64,000 nt of DNA from positions 268-64,267 of the forward strand of contig JBAXKB010000004.1 of NCBI GenBank assembly GCA_037137575.1. The letters run 5' to 3'. Below, piece after piece: positions 37,309 through 47,553 of the stretch. The notes below the pieces were generated by a model that was not told the DNA's origin, ran no database searches, and was given only the letters and a program-made list of their open reading frames with translations. Position numbers and translations under genes: made by a program. Every line of letters begins with the position of its first letter. The first letter of the stretch is position 1. Source of the stretch: Actinomycetes bacterium (GTDB taxonomy: Bacteria; Actinomycetota; Actinomycetes; S36-B12; UBA5976).

Positions 37309-38349
37309 ATGTCGATTGAAGTTTTGGCCGATGAAGCTTTGGCATTTTCTGTGCCACTTGCAATGGCGTTTCGGTCGACGCAAAATCGAGAAGGTTTAGT
37401 TTTTCAAGGCCCAAGTGGCTGGGGTGAATTCGCGCCATTTCCTGAATACGACGATGCGATTGCCGGTCGCTGGCTGGCCGGCGCTCTCGAAATGGCATTT
37501 GGGAAATTGCCAAAACTGGTTCGCAATCAAGTGCCAGTAAATGCCATAGTTCCGGCTACTGACGAAATGACGGCCTACGAAATAGTAGAACGCGCAGTTA
37601 CGCGCAGCGGCATCTCTACAGTCAAAGTTAAAGTAGCCCAAGCGGGGCAGTCGTTAGCTGATGATGTTGCTCGAGTTCGCGCGGTTAGAAGTGCCCTATC
37701 GAGTAATGGAATCGCCAATGGAAAAATCCGACTTGATGCCAACGGTGGCTGGTCACTTGAGCGTGCCCAAAAAGATTTGAACATTTTGGCAGACGCAGCC
37801 AATGGACTCGATTATGTTGAGCAACCGTGTGCAGATTTGAGTGACTTAAAACAATTACGTGCACGTACTGATGTTCTCATCGCAGTTGATGAGGGCCTAC
37901 GTTTAGCATCCGAGTTTGATGTTTTAGCTATTCGAGATGCCGCTGATATTTTAATTGTTAAATCACTTCCGCTTGGTGGGGTTGTTCAGGCTCTGCGCTT
38001 GATCGATCGCATCGGTCTTGCGCTTGTCGTCAGTGGGAGTATGGACACTTCAGTGGGTTTAGCTAGTTCATTATTTTTAGCTGGCAGCGTCACGGAACTT
38101 TATGGTGCTTGTGGGGTGGGAACTGGTCCGCTACTGGCTTTGGATTTAGTACACACCACAAAATTGGCACACAATGGAGTCATGGATGTTGAGCGCACAA
38201 ATCCAGATTTGGATTGTTTAGCGGTTGCGCACGCATTAACGTCGAAGCAACAGCAATCTAGTTGGCGCACTCGTATGGTTAATGCTTGGTACGCAAGTGC
38301 CCAAGACTTAGTTTCGCCAGAAGTTAAGCATGCGGTGCTGGCATGCTAG
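37309..38349 (+). CDS. menC: O-succinylbenzoate synthase (enolase superfamily)
   Basis: 'KVKV', 'RLDANGGW', 'YVEQP' and 'DE' metal-ligand spacing. Located between menB and menD. Confidence 0.85.
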   Translation: MSIEVLADEALAFSVPLAMAFRSTQNREGLVFQGPSGWGEFAPFPEYDDAIAGRWLAGALEMAFGKLPKLVRNQVPVNAIVPATDEMTAYEIVERAVTRSGISTVKVKVAQAGQSLADDVARVRAVRSALSSNGIANGKIRLDANGGWSLERAQKDLNILADAANGLDYVEQPCADLSDLKQLRARTDVLIAVDEGLRLASEFDVLAIRDAADILIVKSLPLGGVVQALRLIDRIGLALVVSGSMDTSVGLASSLFLAGSVTELYGACGVGTGPLLALDLVHTTKLAHNGVMDVERTNPDLDCLAVAHALTSKQQQSSWRTRMVNAWYASAQDLVSPEVKHAVLAC

Positions 38350-39983
38350 ACAAATCCACCTCGGTAGCACGCGCTGTAGTTAGCACTTTAATTAACCAAG
38401 GCGTGCAGCATGTTGTAGTTGCACCTGGTTCGCGTAGTGCGCCGCTTGCCATAGCATTCATGCAAGCTGAAGCAGCTGGACTAATCAAGGTTCATGTGCG
38501 CATTGACGAGCGTGATGCCGGTTTTCTTGCACTAGGGCTAGCAAAAGCGAGTGGGAATCTTGTGCCAATAGTTGTGACATCTGGCAGCGCAGTTGCAAAT
38601 CTTTTACCTGCTGTTGTTGAGGCTTACCAGTCTGGTGTTTCACTTTTAGTGTTGAGCGCTGATCGACCAATTGTTGCGCGAGGCAAGAGCGCTCCCCAAA
38701 CGATTGCCCAGTCAAACATCTTCAGTTCATTTGCAAAAGCCAATTACGACTCAGATTGTGATTCATTTTCTACCGCAACATTTGCTGAACTTATTAAACT
38801 TTCGGGCGCAACACATCGCGGACCAATACATGTCAACATCCAATTTGAAATGCCACTTGTACCAACGGCTGAAAATGTTGCTTGGACACCTGAGTATTCG
38901 AAAGTCGATTTGCTAGTCAGTCAGGAGTCACAGGGCAAACTCTTTGACCTGCCCACACGTGGTGTCATTGTCGCTGGTGACATTGTTGATATCGCGCAGG
39001 CTCGTGAAGTTGGAAACCTTGCGCAGGCGTTGGGCTGGCCAATTATTGCTGAACCATCAGCAAATCTGCATTCTGAATTGAATACGCTGGCTCATGGTGT
39101 TTTAGTTGTGGCAAGTAATTCAATGCCAACTCCCGAATGCGTTTTGACGGTAGGAACGGTTGGGCTTTCACGGCCGATTTTGAATCTGCTTAAAGTAACC
39201 CCGAAACACATTGCGGTCCATTTTTCCGGCAATGGTCCGGATTTACCAGATCCTGTTCAAAGTGCCAGTGAAGTATTACCTGCGCTGCCTGTTGCAGAAA
39301 GTGAAGTCGATAGGCAGTGGCTGACATCCTGGCAACAAGCTGATTCGCTGATTAGCGAAGTGGTTTCGCGCAACTTGCAAGGACAAACTCTTAGTGGCCC
39401 ATCTGCGGCGCTGCAAGTTTGGAATCATGCCAAGGACTCAGACCAACTTATGGTTGCCGCATCTTGGCCAGTTCGCCACCTTGAAGCTTTCGCGCCCAAG
39501 CGAACGGGACTGCGAGTTTTTGGTAACCGTGGGGCAAATGGCATTGATGGCTTAATCTCAACGGCTTGGGGGATCGCAGATGCGATGTCTGGGCGCACCT
39601 ATCTCTTAATCGGTGATGTGGCTTTTCTACATGACATCGGCGGATTGAATGTCGGGGCAGGCACCGAGCAACCTAATCTCACCGTAGTTGTGTTAGACAA
39701 CGATGGCGGTGGAATTTTTAGCCAGCTTGAACAGGGTAGAGCCGAATTCGAACCATACTTTGAAAAGGTATTTGGTACTCCACACGGCAAAGATCTTTGG
39801 CAGATTGCTGAGAGTTTTGGTTTTGCAACAACTCGAGTAACAACGCAAAAGGAATTAGAAAGTGCTTTGCAGCGCACTGCTTCGATACCTGGTGTCCACA
39901 TCGTAATCTGCCTTACGGGGGAGCGAGCGTTAGAAAATACTCTCATTCAGCGCATAAACAGCGAAATAGGGCAAGCACTTTAA
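38343..39983 (+). CDS. menD: SEPHCHC synthase (ThDP-dependent)
   Basis: 'VVAPGSRSAPL', 'DERDAGFLALG' and the ThDP motif 'GDVAFLHDIGGL...NDGGGIF'. Confidence 0.93.
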   Translation: MLDKSTSVARAVVSTLINQGVQHVVVAPGSRSAPLAIAFMQAEAAGLIKVHVRIDERDAGFLALGLAKASGNLVPIVVTSGSAVANLLPAVVEAYQSGVSLLVLSADRPIVARGKSAPQTIAQSNIFSSFAKANYDSDCDSFSTATFAELIKLSGATHRGPIHVNIQFEMPLVPTAENVAWTPEYSKVDLLVSQESQGKLFDLPTRGVIVAGDIVDIAQAREVGNLAQALGWPIIAEPSANLHSELNTLAHGVLVVASNSMPTPECVLTVGTVGLSRPILNLLKVTPKHIAVHFSGNGPDLPDPVQSASEVLPALPVAESEVDRQWLTSWQQADSLISEVVSRNLQGQTLSGPSAALQVWNHAKDSDQLMVAASWPVRHLEAFAPKRTGLRVFGNRGANGIDGLISTAWGIADAMSGRTYLLIGDVAFLHDIGGLNVGAGTEQPNLTVVVLDNDGGGIFSQLEQGRAEFEPYFEKVFGTPHGKDLWQIAESFGFATTRVTTQKELESALQRTASIPGVHIVICLTGERALENTLIQRINSEIGQAL

Positions 39984-40066
39984 ACTTATGCGTAGGCGGG
40001 GAATCCGTCGTATTGTTTTCACAACGGATGTTTAATCAAAGAGCATCGTTACCGAAAGGGAATATC

Positions 40067-40285
40067 ATGACCAATCCAGAGGATGCAACCATAACTGTAA
40101 AAGCTAATGGTTCACTACAGGTTAAGGGCGCCACGATTATTGGTGCTGATGGTGTTGTGATTAGTACCGAAGAGGCTGTTTTCTTATGTCGATGTGGGCA
40201 TTCGCAGAATAAGCCATTCTGTGATGGCGGCCATCGCGCAGCTGGCTTTGAAGATTCTGGTTGCCACGAACCTACAAGTTCATAA
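40067..40285 (+). CDS. CDGSH-type iron-sulfur domain protein
   Basis: 'LCRCGHSQNKPFCDGGHR' is the C-x-C-x2-(S/T)-x3-P-x-C-D-G-(S/A/T)-H signature. The ATG at 40067 is preceded by GAAAGGG. The track start at 40013 adds an unlikely leader. Confidence 0.85.
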   Translation: MTNPEDATITVKANGSLQVKGATIIGADGVVISTEEAVFLCRCGHSQNKPFCDGGHRAAGFEDSGCHEPTSS

Positions 40286-40372
40286 TTTTTTATTCGGAAA
40301 ATTTTTAGTTTCCTGACTCCTGTCGGATGCAAGGTGTAGCGTTTAAATACCAAAGCAGAAACTGAGAATCCC

Positions 40373-41233
40373 ATGTCTAAGTCATTACGCGTAGAAGTAA
40401 TCCAGCCTGAAGGCGCTTCATTGCCCCCGCGTGTTTCTTACTCGCAACTGTCTAAGTACAACCAATGTGGGCTTCGCTACTACTTCAGCTACTTAGCTAG
40501 CTGGTCCGAGCCACAGACTTCTGCGCTTGTTGGCGGAAATATCGCGCACGATGTAATCGAGCGTTTGTATCGCCTCCCAAACGAAGAGCGCACTCTGGAC
40601 AGAGCGCTTGAGTTATTGCGTGAACACGGTCCGCGCATGCTAAAGGCGCCTGATTACGCAAAGTTTGCCAGTGACAACGCAATGAAAGCCAATGTTAAAG
40701 AAGCAGTCGAGAATCTTTTCAAATTAGAAACCCCAAGCGAGCTTGTAGTTGAGCCAGAACACCTTGAGATGGAACTTGAAGTTGAAATCGATGGCGTTAA
40801 ATTTTTTGGCAAAGTCGATCGATTTACGGTAGATGGTGTTAATCGAGTAACTGACTACAAAACGGGGAAAAATCCTGGCAGATATGTTGATGACAAACTA
40901 AAGCAGCCTTACCTATACGCACTTGCATTCAAGATGCAGCATGACATTGATGTTGATGAAGTTGAACTTATTTTTCTCAATGCAAAACACATTGAGAAAC
41001 GACCTGTTGATTTTGCGATAGCTGAGGCTATGGGAGTATCGCTGGTAAGAATGCGAGCTGAGAGCGAACTTTCGGTCAGCGCCTCAGCATGGGATGCAAG
41101 ACCTGGAAAACTTTGTTCATATTGTGTTTTCGAAGCTGTTTGCCCCGCGGTGACTCCTAATTCAGCAAAACCTGGTTCGATTGAAAGCGACAATGCCTTG
41201 ATCCAGTTGGGTTTAACTCGTCGGGCCCATTAA
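40373..41233 (+). CDS. PD-(D/E)XK nuclease family protein (RecB/Cas4-like with a C-terminal Cys cluster)
   Basis: 'GNIAHDVIE', 'GKVDRF...VTDYKTG' (D...D/E-x-K core) and the C-terminal 'CSYCVFEAVCP'. Confidence 0.75.
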   Translation: MSKSLRVEVIQPEGASLPPRVSYSQLSKYNQCGLRYYFSYLASWSEPQTSALVGGNIAHDVIERLYRLPNEERTLDRALELLREHGPRMLKAPDYAKFASDNAMKANVKEAVENLFKLETPSELVVEPEHLEMELEVEIDGVKFFGKVDRFTVDGVNRVTDYKTGKNPGRYVDDKLKQPYLYALAFKMQHDIDVDEVELIFLNAKHIEKRPVDFAIAEAMGVSLVRMRAESELSVSASAWDARPGKLCSYCVFEAVCPAVTPNSAKPGSIESDNALIQLGLTRRAH

Positions 41234-41248
41234 CCGCGCATTGCTAGT

Positions 41249-41689
41249 GTGCCGGCCCGTAGTAACTACACTTGGAAGATGCGCAACTCTCGTTACCGTT
41301 ACTCACGTTTAGTCATGATTGTTGGTGCTATTACTTTCGGTATCAATGCAATTTGGCTATTGACATCGCCGCGAGGATTCTCCAAATACATTGGTTTTGA
41401 GACTGCCGATACAAACACTTGGGGATTTCAGATGCTCGGCGTAATTCTCGTTGCGTTAGCTGTGCACATGTCCGCGACTTCGAGGCAAGTTCCGGATGCG
41501 GTTTTCCGTCGGGCTGCAATTGTGATGATTTTTGTTTCACTAGGTTTGTCTTATTTGACTTACAACGCTCCGGGCCAGCACACAACGGGACGAATGATTT
41601 TTGTTGCTATCGGTGCATTATTTGCCCTGCTGTATGCAGTGACATTGCCAATTAAAAGTATTGGTATTTTGGAAGAAGAACCTAAGTAA
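41249..41689 (+). CDS. Hypothetical four-TM membrane protein
   Basis: Hydrophobic segments 'LVMIVGAITFGINAIWLL', 'MLGVILVALAV', 'AAIVMIFVSLGL' and 'MIFVAIGALFALLY'. No motif recognised, and the start is uncertain. Confidence 0.5.
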   Translation: MPARSNYTWKMRNSRYRYSRLVMIVGAITFGINAIWLLTSPRGFSKYIGFETADTNTWGFQMLGVILVALAVHMSATSRQVPDAVFRRAAIVMIFVSLGLSYLTYNAPGQHTTGRMIFVAIGALFALLYAVTLPIKSIGILEEEPK

Positions 41690-41697
41690 TTTCCCGA

Positions 41698-42960
41698 TTA
41701 GATTAAAGCGCTACGCATAGCGTTGAACTTTGCATTTGATTCAGCAATTTCGAGTTCACTTGTTGAACCGGCCACTATTCCACATCCTGCATAAAGGCGA
41801 AGTTGAGTCCTGTTTGTGCCTTCGATAGCGGCGCAGCGAAGCGCGATACCAAATTCGCCATCGCCATTGTGAGTGAACCAACCTACTGGCCCGGAGTAAC
41901 GACCACGCTCGATAACCTCGAGATCATTGATTGCACCTAGCGCACGTTCAGTTGGCGTGCCGCATACTGCTGCAGTTGGGTGCAAGGATGCGGCCAACGC
42001 AAGTGCGGATACATTTTCCGCAAGTTCACCAGTTATGTCAGTGGCAAGGTGTTGCACATTGGCTAGCTGCAAAATAAATGGCGCATCTGGAACCACTAAG
42101 TCGGTGCAGTGCTGCGCGAGTGCAGATTGCACTGACCTGACTGCGTATTCGTGTTCTTCTTGATCTTTGCCAGAGTCTAGAAGCGATGCAGCCAAGGCAT
42201 CGTCTCGGCCCAGGTTTGAACTTCGGCGAACAGTGCCAGCAAGCACTCGACTAGTTACTTGCTTGCCACCTCGACGAATTAGTAGTTCAGGCGTAGCGCC
42301 AACTAAACCATCAACGCTAAACGCCCAGCAATCAGGGAACTCGCTATTAAGTCGTTGTAACAGTGCGCCAACATGAAGTGGAATGTCTAGTTGCGCCACA
42401 ATGTCGCGGGCCAAAACTACTTTGTCGAGCTCGCCGCTATTTATTCGCTCGATTGCTTGCTCAACACTTTCTTGCCAAGCTTCAACAGATTGTGTTCCGG
42501 GTAACCAAGTAATTGATTCAACGGGTATTTGCTCTGGAGTTATTTTTTCTATTCGTGCTAGTGCTTCACGCAGCAGATGATCTAAGTCATTTTTATGAGC
42601 AACAACCGTAATTGTGGTTTTGCCATCTGTTCGTTGTACACAAATTTGTGGCACAACTACCACAGAAAGACCTGGCTCTGCAGCGAAAGCAAACGAGGCG
42701 AATGCCAGGGCACTATCGCCAGAAGTCTGTTCACACCAGTTACTCCACCAGCGCTGCGCGCGGCTAAACCGCTCTGCGCCAGTGAATTCAGCGCGTGCGG
42801 TGGTGCCCCAGCCGACAATGCCTGTGTGGTTATCTGCAGTTCCGCGCACCCAAGCGTGCCCACCATCGGCAGGAAGTAGCTGTAGCAAGTTTGGAATGTC
42901 AGCAATCAGGACACTTCGTACGTAGTAACTAGAGTCAGGAGCCAAAGCTAGTGATGTCAT
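41698..42960 (-). CDS. menF: Isochorismate synthase
   Basis: Chorismate-binding motifs 'LHPTAAVCGTP', 'RGRYSGPVGW' and 'IALRCA...AGCGIVAGS'. Confidence 0.9.
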   Translation of the reverse strand: MTSLALAPDSSYYVRSVLIADIPNLLQLLPADGGHAWVRGTADNHTGIVGWGTTARAEFTGAERFSRAQRWWSNWCEQTSGDSALAFASFAFAAEPGLSVVVVPQICVQRTDGKTTITVVAHKNDLDHLLREALARIEKITPEQIPVESITWLPGTQSVEAWQESVEQAIERINSGELDKVVLARDIVAQLDIPLHVGALLQRLNSEFPDCWAFSVDGLVGATPELLIRRGGKQVTSRVLAGTVRRSSNLGRDDALAASLLDSGKDQEEHEYAVRSVQSALAQHCTDLVVPDAPFILQLANVQHLATDITGELAENVSALALAASLHPTAAVCGTPTERALGAINDLEVIERGRYSGPVGWFTHNGDGEFGIALRCAAIEGTNRTQLRLYAGCGIVAGSTSELEIAESNAKFNAMRSALI

Positions 42961-43054
42961 AACCCCCTTAGCGTAAAGCCAATCAGGTTCGCTGGCATCA
43001 GGGCGGGGTTGAACCGATTTTTCGCACCACAGTATTTAATGACAGACTAGACGC

Positions 43055-43753
43055 ATGTCACGTGCTCACTTGAACAAAGACCCCGATGAAGTAGCGGCAA
43101 TGTTTGATGCCGTCGCCAAACGCTACGACGTGACTAACGATGTACTTTCCTTCGGACAGACCCGCACTTGGCGCAAAGCAGTGGTTGCTTCAATCAATCC
43201 GCAGCCAGGTGAGAAGATTCTAGATTTAGCCGCTGGCACAGGCACGAGCACTCAGCCGTTTTATCTTGCTGGCGCAGATCCTGTTGCTTGTGATTTCAGC
43301 CAAGGCATGATTGAAGTGGGTCGCAACCGGTTCCCGCATCTAACTTTTGTGCAAGGCGATGCCTTGGATTTACCCTTTGCTGACAACACTTTTGATGCAG
43401 TTACCATCTCGTTTGGTCTGCGAAATGTAAACGATGTTGATTTGGCCCTGCGCGAGTTATATCGAGTTACCAAACCATCAGGGCGCCTAGTAATTTGCGA
43501 GTTCAGCTCGCCAACTTGGGCGCCAATGCGCACGGTTTACTTGGAATATTTGATGAAAGCATTGCCAGGGGTGGCCACCAGGGTCTCGAGTAACCCAGAT
43601 GCGTACGTTTATTTGGCCGAATCTATTCGAGCGTGGCCAAACCAACCAGAATTAGCCGAGCAAATCATGAAGGCGCGTTGGCAAGATTGTGCCTGGCGCA
43701 ACCTAACTGGTGGCATCGTGGCTCTTCACCGAGCAGTCAAGTCAGCTGAGTAA
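43055..43753 (+). CDS. menG: Demethylmenaquinone methyltransferase
   Basis: UbiE/MenG '[18 protein letters not shown]', the SAM motif 'ILDLAAGTG' and 'SFGLRNV'. Confidence 0.92.
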   Translation: MSRAHLNKDPDEVAAMFDAVAKRYDVTNDVLSFGQTRTWRKAVVASINPQPGEKILDLAAGTGTSTQPFYLAGADPVACDFSQGMIEVGRNRFPHLTFVQGDALDLPFADNTFDAVTISFGLRNVNDVDLALRELYRVTKPSGRLVICEFSSPTWAPMRTVYLEYLMKALPGVATRVSSNPDAYVYLAESIRAWPNQPELAEQIMKARWQDCAWRNLTGGIVALHRAVKSAE

Positions 43754-43835
43754 GTGGTCGCAAAAGTTGTACCCCTTGTTGCCCGCATCCCGCATTGGTG
43801 AAGATGTGCTGCGTTCGCTAAACTAGACACCGACC

Positions 43836-43853
43836 TAGTGAAAATTTTCACAA
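43836..43853. promoter_or_regulatory. Rex operator (ROP) upstream of nuoA
   Basis: TAGTGAA-AATT-TTCACAA against the consensus TTGTGAA-N4-TTCACAA, with one mismatch. It lies about 100 nt upstream of the nuoA GTG, and rex is encoded in the same window. Confidence 0.7.
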
Positions 43854-43955
43854 ACGCACAAAGTTGTGTATTTGCCTGAACTTTTCCATCTCGATTCTGC
43901 TGTGATTAGCACAGCAAACCGTGCGTAACTCGAACGCGAAAGAGGGTGCAACCAA

Positions 43956-44324
43956 GTGGGACAAGGCGCGATTTACCTACCCATTCTGTTTTTAGGTCTG
44001 TTGGCTTTTGGCTTTGCTGCATTTTCGGTAGTGGCCGCCACATTTACTGGACCAAAACGATACAACCGAGCAAAAGTTGAAGCTTACGAATGTGGCATTC
44101 AACCAACTCCGCAACCTGAAGGTGGCGGCCGGTTCCCGGTGAAGTATTACTTAACTGCAATGTTGTTCATTATTTTTGATATTGAAATTGTTTTCCTTTA
44201 CCCATGGGCTGTCACGTGTGACAAACTTGGAGTTTTTGGGTTGGCCGAAATGGTGTTATTTATTGTCACAGTGTTAGCTGCGTACGCATTTGTTTGGCGT
44301 CGCGGCGGCCTCGAGTGGGATTAG
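43956..44324 (+). CDS. nuoA: NADH-quinone oxidoreductase subunit A
   Basis: 'YECGI' and 'FIIFDIEIVFLYPWA'. GTG start preceded by a GAGGG RBS. Confidence 0.95.
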   Translation: MGQGAIYLPILFLGLLAFGFAAFSVVAATFTGPKRYNRAKVEAYECGIQPTPQPEGGGRFPVKYYLTAMLFIIFDIEIVFLYPWAVTCDKLGVFGLAEMVLFIVTVLAAYAFVWRRGGLEWD

Positions 44325-44339
44325 TTAGGTGCACGAGTA

Positions 44340-44894
44340 ATGGGTATTGAAGAAAAATTACCAAGTGGAGTTCTACTCACAACTGTTGAAGGCTTAGCTG
44401 GATACGCACGTAAAAACTCGCTGTGGCCAGCAACCTTTGGACTAGCATGCTGCGCGATTGAAATGATGGCATCCGGTGCTGGCCGCTACGACTTAGCGCG
44501 GTTCGGTATGGAAGTTTTTCGAGCTTCACCACGCCAGGCTGACTTGATGATTGTGGCCGGTCGCGTAAGCCAAAAGATGGCGCCAATTGTTCGCCAGATC
44601 TACGATCAGATGGCAGCACCTAAATGGGTTTTGGCCATGGGGGCTTGCTCATCATCAGGCGGAATGTTCAATAACTACGCCATTATTCAGGGGGTAGATC
44701 ACATTGTGCCTGTTGACATCTACTTGCCAGGTTGCCCACCGAGACCAGAGATGCTGATCGATGCATTGCTGAAACTGCATGATCAAATTTCAGAGACAAA
44801 ACTTGGAACAAACCGCAAACGTCAGCTAGAAGATCTTGAGAATGCAGCGCTTATCGCAACCCCAACTATCGATCAGGTTGGGCTAATGCGATGA
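44340..44894 (+). CDS. nuoB: NADH-quinone oxidoreductase subunit B
   Basis: '[11 protein letters not shown]', 'MGACSSSGG' and 'LPGCPPRPE' (N2 cluster ligands). Confidence 0.97.
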   Translation: MGIEEKLPSGVLLTTVEGLAGYARKNSLWPATFGLACCAIEMMASGAGRYDLARFGMEVFRASPRQADLMIVAGRVSQKMAPIVRQIYDQMAAPKWVLAMGACSSSGGMFNNYAIIQGVDHIVPVDIYLPGCPPRPEMLIDALLKLHDQISETKLGTNRKRQLEDLENAALIATPTIDQVGLMR

Positions 44895-45586
44895 ATGACG
44901 ATGTAGTAAAAGCGGGGTTGCCCCTACTTCAGGTAACCACTGTTCGCGAGGGCATGTTTGGCGCGAGTGGGTCGGGTGACACTTCAGGTTTCGGCGGTTT
45001 GGTTTCCGTAGTTCCAGTTCCAGTTGCATCTGCGCAACCGTTCGGAAATTACTTTGACGAAATTTATGCAGAGCTAGTTGCCGCGCTTCCACTTTTCAAG
45101 TCGTCAGCCGAAAAAGCATTCGACAAAATTGTTGTAGCGCATGACGAGATGACGATTTATGTTCACCCAACTGAACTTCTTGCCGTTGCTCGCACCTTGC
45201 GCGACGAACCAGGTCTTCGGTTCGAATTGTGCCTAGGCGTGAGCGGAGTTCACTACCCAAATCAAACTGGTGCTGAACTTCACGCGGTCTACCACTTCCG
45301 GTCGATCACACACAACCGCCGTGTTCGCTTAGAGGTTGTCGCTGCAGATTCACACCCGCACATTCCATCAATTGTTTCTATTTATCCAACGAACGATTGG
45401 CACGAGCGCGAAACCTTCGATTTCTTTGGCATCATCTTCGATGGCCATCCACACTTAACTCGCATTCAAATGCCAGACGATTGGCAAGGTCATCCGCAGC
45501 GTAAGGATTACCCACTTGGTGGAATTCCGGTTGAGTACAAAGGCGCAACAGTGCCAGCTCCAGATGAGCGGAGGTCATACAACTAA
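44891..45586 (+). CDS. nuoC: NADH-quinone oxidoreductase subunit C
   Basis: '[23 protein letters not shown]'. ATGA overlap with nuoB. Confidence 0.95.
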   Translation: MNDDVVKAGLPLLQVTTVREGMFGASGSGDTSGFGGLVSVVPVPVASAQPFGNYFDEIYAELVAALPLFKSSAEKAFDKIVVAHDEMTIYVHPTELLAVARTLRDEPGLRFELCLGVSGVHYPNQTGAELHAVYHFRSITHNRRVRLEVVAADSHPHIPSIVSIYPTNDWHERETFDFFGIIFDGHPHLTRIQMPDDWQGHPQRKDYPLGGIPVEYKGATVPAPDERRSYN

Positions 45587-46905
45587 TGACTGATACATAC
45601 GCAGCGTCATACGACACAACTGAAGGTCGCGTCTTCACCGTTATGGGCCAAGACTGGGACACCATTACTGGTAACGCAGCTGGCGAAACCGAACGTATCG
45701 TGGTCAACATGGGTCCGCAACACCCATCAACTCACGGTGTGCTTCGCTTGATTCTGGAAATTGAAGGCGAAACCGTAACCGAAGCCCGATGTGGCATTGG
45801 TTATTTGCACACGGGCATTGAAAAGAACATGGAGTACCGACACTGGACTCAGGGCGTAACTTTTGTTACCCGCATGGACTACTTAAGCCCATTTTTTAAC
45901 GAAACTGCCTACTGCTTAGGCGTGGAAAAACTGCTCGGTATCACTGATCAAATTCCCGAACGCGCAAATGTAATTCGCGTGATGATGATGGAACTGAACC
46001 GAGTCTCGTCACACCTTGTTGCGTTGGCTACCGGCGGTATGGAACTAGGCGCATTAACGGCCATGATTTTTGGTTTCCGTGAACGCGAATCAGTTCTTGA
46101 CCTTTTTGAACTAGTAACTGGCCTTCGCATGAATAGTGCATACATTCGCCCCGGCGGTGTTGCCCAAGATTTGCCAGCTGGAGCTGAAGAAAAGATTCGC
46201 GAAACTATCAAGGCATTGCCGCGTCGTTTTAAAGACACCGCAGACATGTTGGTTGGCAACTCCATTTGGATGGGCCGCACTTCAGGTGTGGGCATTCTTG
46301 ACCTGGCTGGCTGTATGGCGCTTGGTGCAACAGGTCCGATTCTGCGTGCTACTGGATTGCCAGCAGACTTGCGTAAATCTGACCCATACTGCGGTTACGA
46401 AAATTACGAATTTGATGTCATCACTAAGGACACTTCAGATGCTTATGGCCGGTTCTTGATTCGTTTGGAAGAAATGGAACAGTCACTGAACATCGTTGAT
46501 CAGTGTCTTGATCGCTTAGCGCCGGGTCCAGTAATGGTGGAAGACAAAAAGATTGCTTGGCCGGCTCAGCTTTCAATCGGCAGCGATGGTCAAGGCAACT
46601 CTCTCGATCACATCCGCCACATCATGGGCGAAAGTATGGAAGCACTAATCCATCACTTCAAACTTGTAACTGAAGGATTCAACGTGCCAGCCGGTCAGGC
46701 TTATGTTGCCGTTGAATCACCACGTGGCGAACTTGGTGTGCATGTTGTTTCAGACGGTGGCACTCGTCCTTACCGCGTGCATTACCGCGATCCGTCATTT
46801 ACAAACTTGCAGGCAACTGCAGCGATGTGCGAAGGCTCGCAAATTGCTGACGTGATTGCGGCTGTTGCGTCAATCGACCCTGTCATGGGGGGAGTGGATC
46901 GCTAA
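45586..46905 (+). CDS. nuoD: NADH-quinone oxidoreductase subunit D
   Basis: '[15 protein letters not shown]', 'GYLHTGIEK' and '[11 protein letters not shown]'. Confidence 0.97.
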   Translation: MTDTYAASYDTTEGRVFTVMGQDWDTITGNAAGETERIVVNMGPQHPSTHGVLRLILEIEGETVTEARCGIGYLHTGIEKNMEYRHWTQGVTFVTRMDYLSPFFNETAYCLGVEKLLGITDQIPERANVIRVMMMELNRVSSHLVALATGGMELGALTAMIFGFRERESVLDLFELVTGLRMNSAYIRPGGVAQDLPAGAEEKIRETIKALPRRFKDTADMLVGNSIWMGRTSGVGILDLAGCMALGATGPILRATGLPADLRKSDPYCGYENYEFDVITKDTSDAYGRFLIRLEEMEQSLNIVDQCLDRLAPGPVMVEDKKIAWPAQLSIGSDGQGNSLDHIRHIMGESMEALIHHFKLVTEGFNVPAGQAYVAVESPRGELGVHVVSDGGTRPYRVHYRDPSFTNLQATAAMCEGSQIADVIAAVASIDPVMGGVDR

Positions 46906-47553
46906 ATGTCACTAACCGAAGATACCCGAACTAAAGCGCGCGAAATCATTGCTCGCTATCCACATGCACGTTCAGCGCTGCTACCGATGCTGCACCTAGT
47001 GCAGGCGCAAGAAGGTTATGTAAGCGCCGATGGCATTGCACTTTGTGCTGAAGAACTGGCACTAACTACTGCTGAAGTTTCAGCAGTAGCGACTTTCTAC
47101 ACGATGTACCACAAGAAGCCAGTTGGCGAGTATCACATCGGTGTTTGCATCAACCCAGGTTGTGGCATTCTCGGTGGCGATGCGATTTGGTCAACTCTTT
47201 GCAGTCGCCTCGGTATTAGCAACGACGAAGTAACTGATGATGGCAAGATTTCGCTTGAGCGCATTGAATGCCAAGCAGCTTGCACTCATGCACCAGTAAT
47301 GACCGCTAACTGGGAATTCCTGGACAATATGACGCCAGAATCTGCTGTTGATGTTGTTGAAAAACTGCGTTCTGGCCAAGAAGTTCACAGCACGCGCGGA
47401 CCAAAGATTCCAACTTTCAAAGAAAACGAATTAGTTCTTGCCGGATTTGACGATGGCTTAGCTGGCGAGGGCGTACAGGCTGACGAGTACATGCTTGCTG
47501 GTTTGAATCGAGCTAAAGAATTAGGCCAAAGCGCGCCGGAGGTAAAGGCATGA
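46906..47553 (+). CDS. nuoE: NADH-quinone oxidoreductase subunit E
   Basis: 2Fe-2S ligands in 'GVCINPGC' and 'ECQAAC'. Confidence 0.95.
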   Translation: MSLTEDTRTKAREIIARYPHARSALLPMLHLVQAQEGYVSADGIALCAEELALTTAEVSAVATFYTMYHKKPVGEYHIGVCINPGCGILGGDAIWSTLCSRLGISNDEVTDDGKISLERIECQAACTHAPVMTANWEFLDNMTPESAVDVVEKLRSGQEVHSTRGPKIPTFKENELVLAGFDDGLAGEGVQADEYMLAGLNRAKELGQSAPEVKA

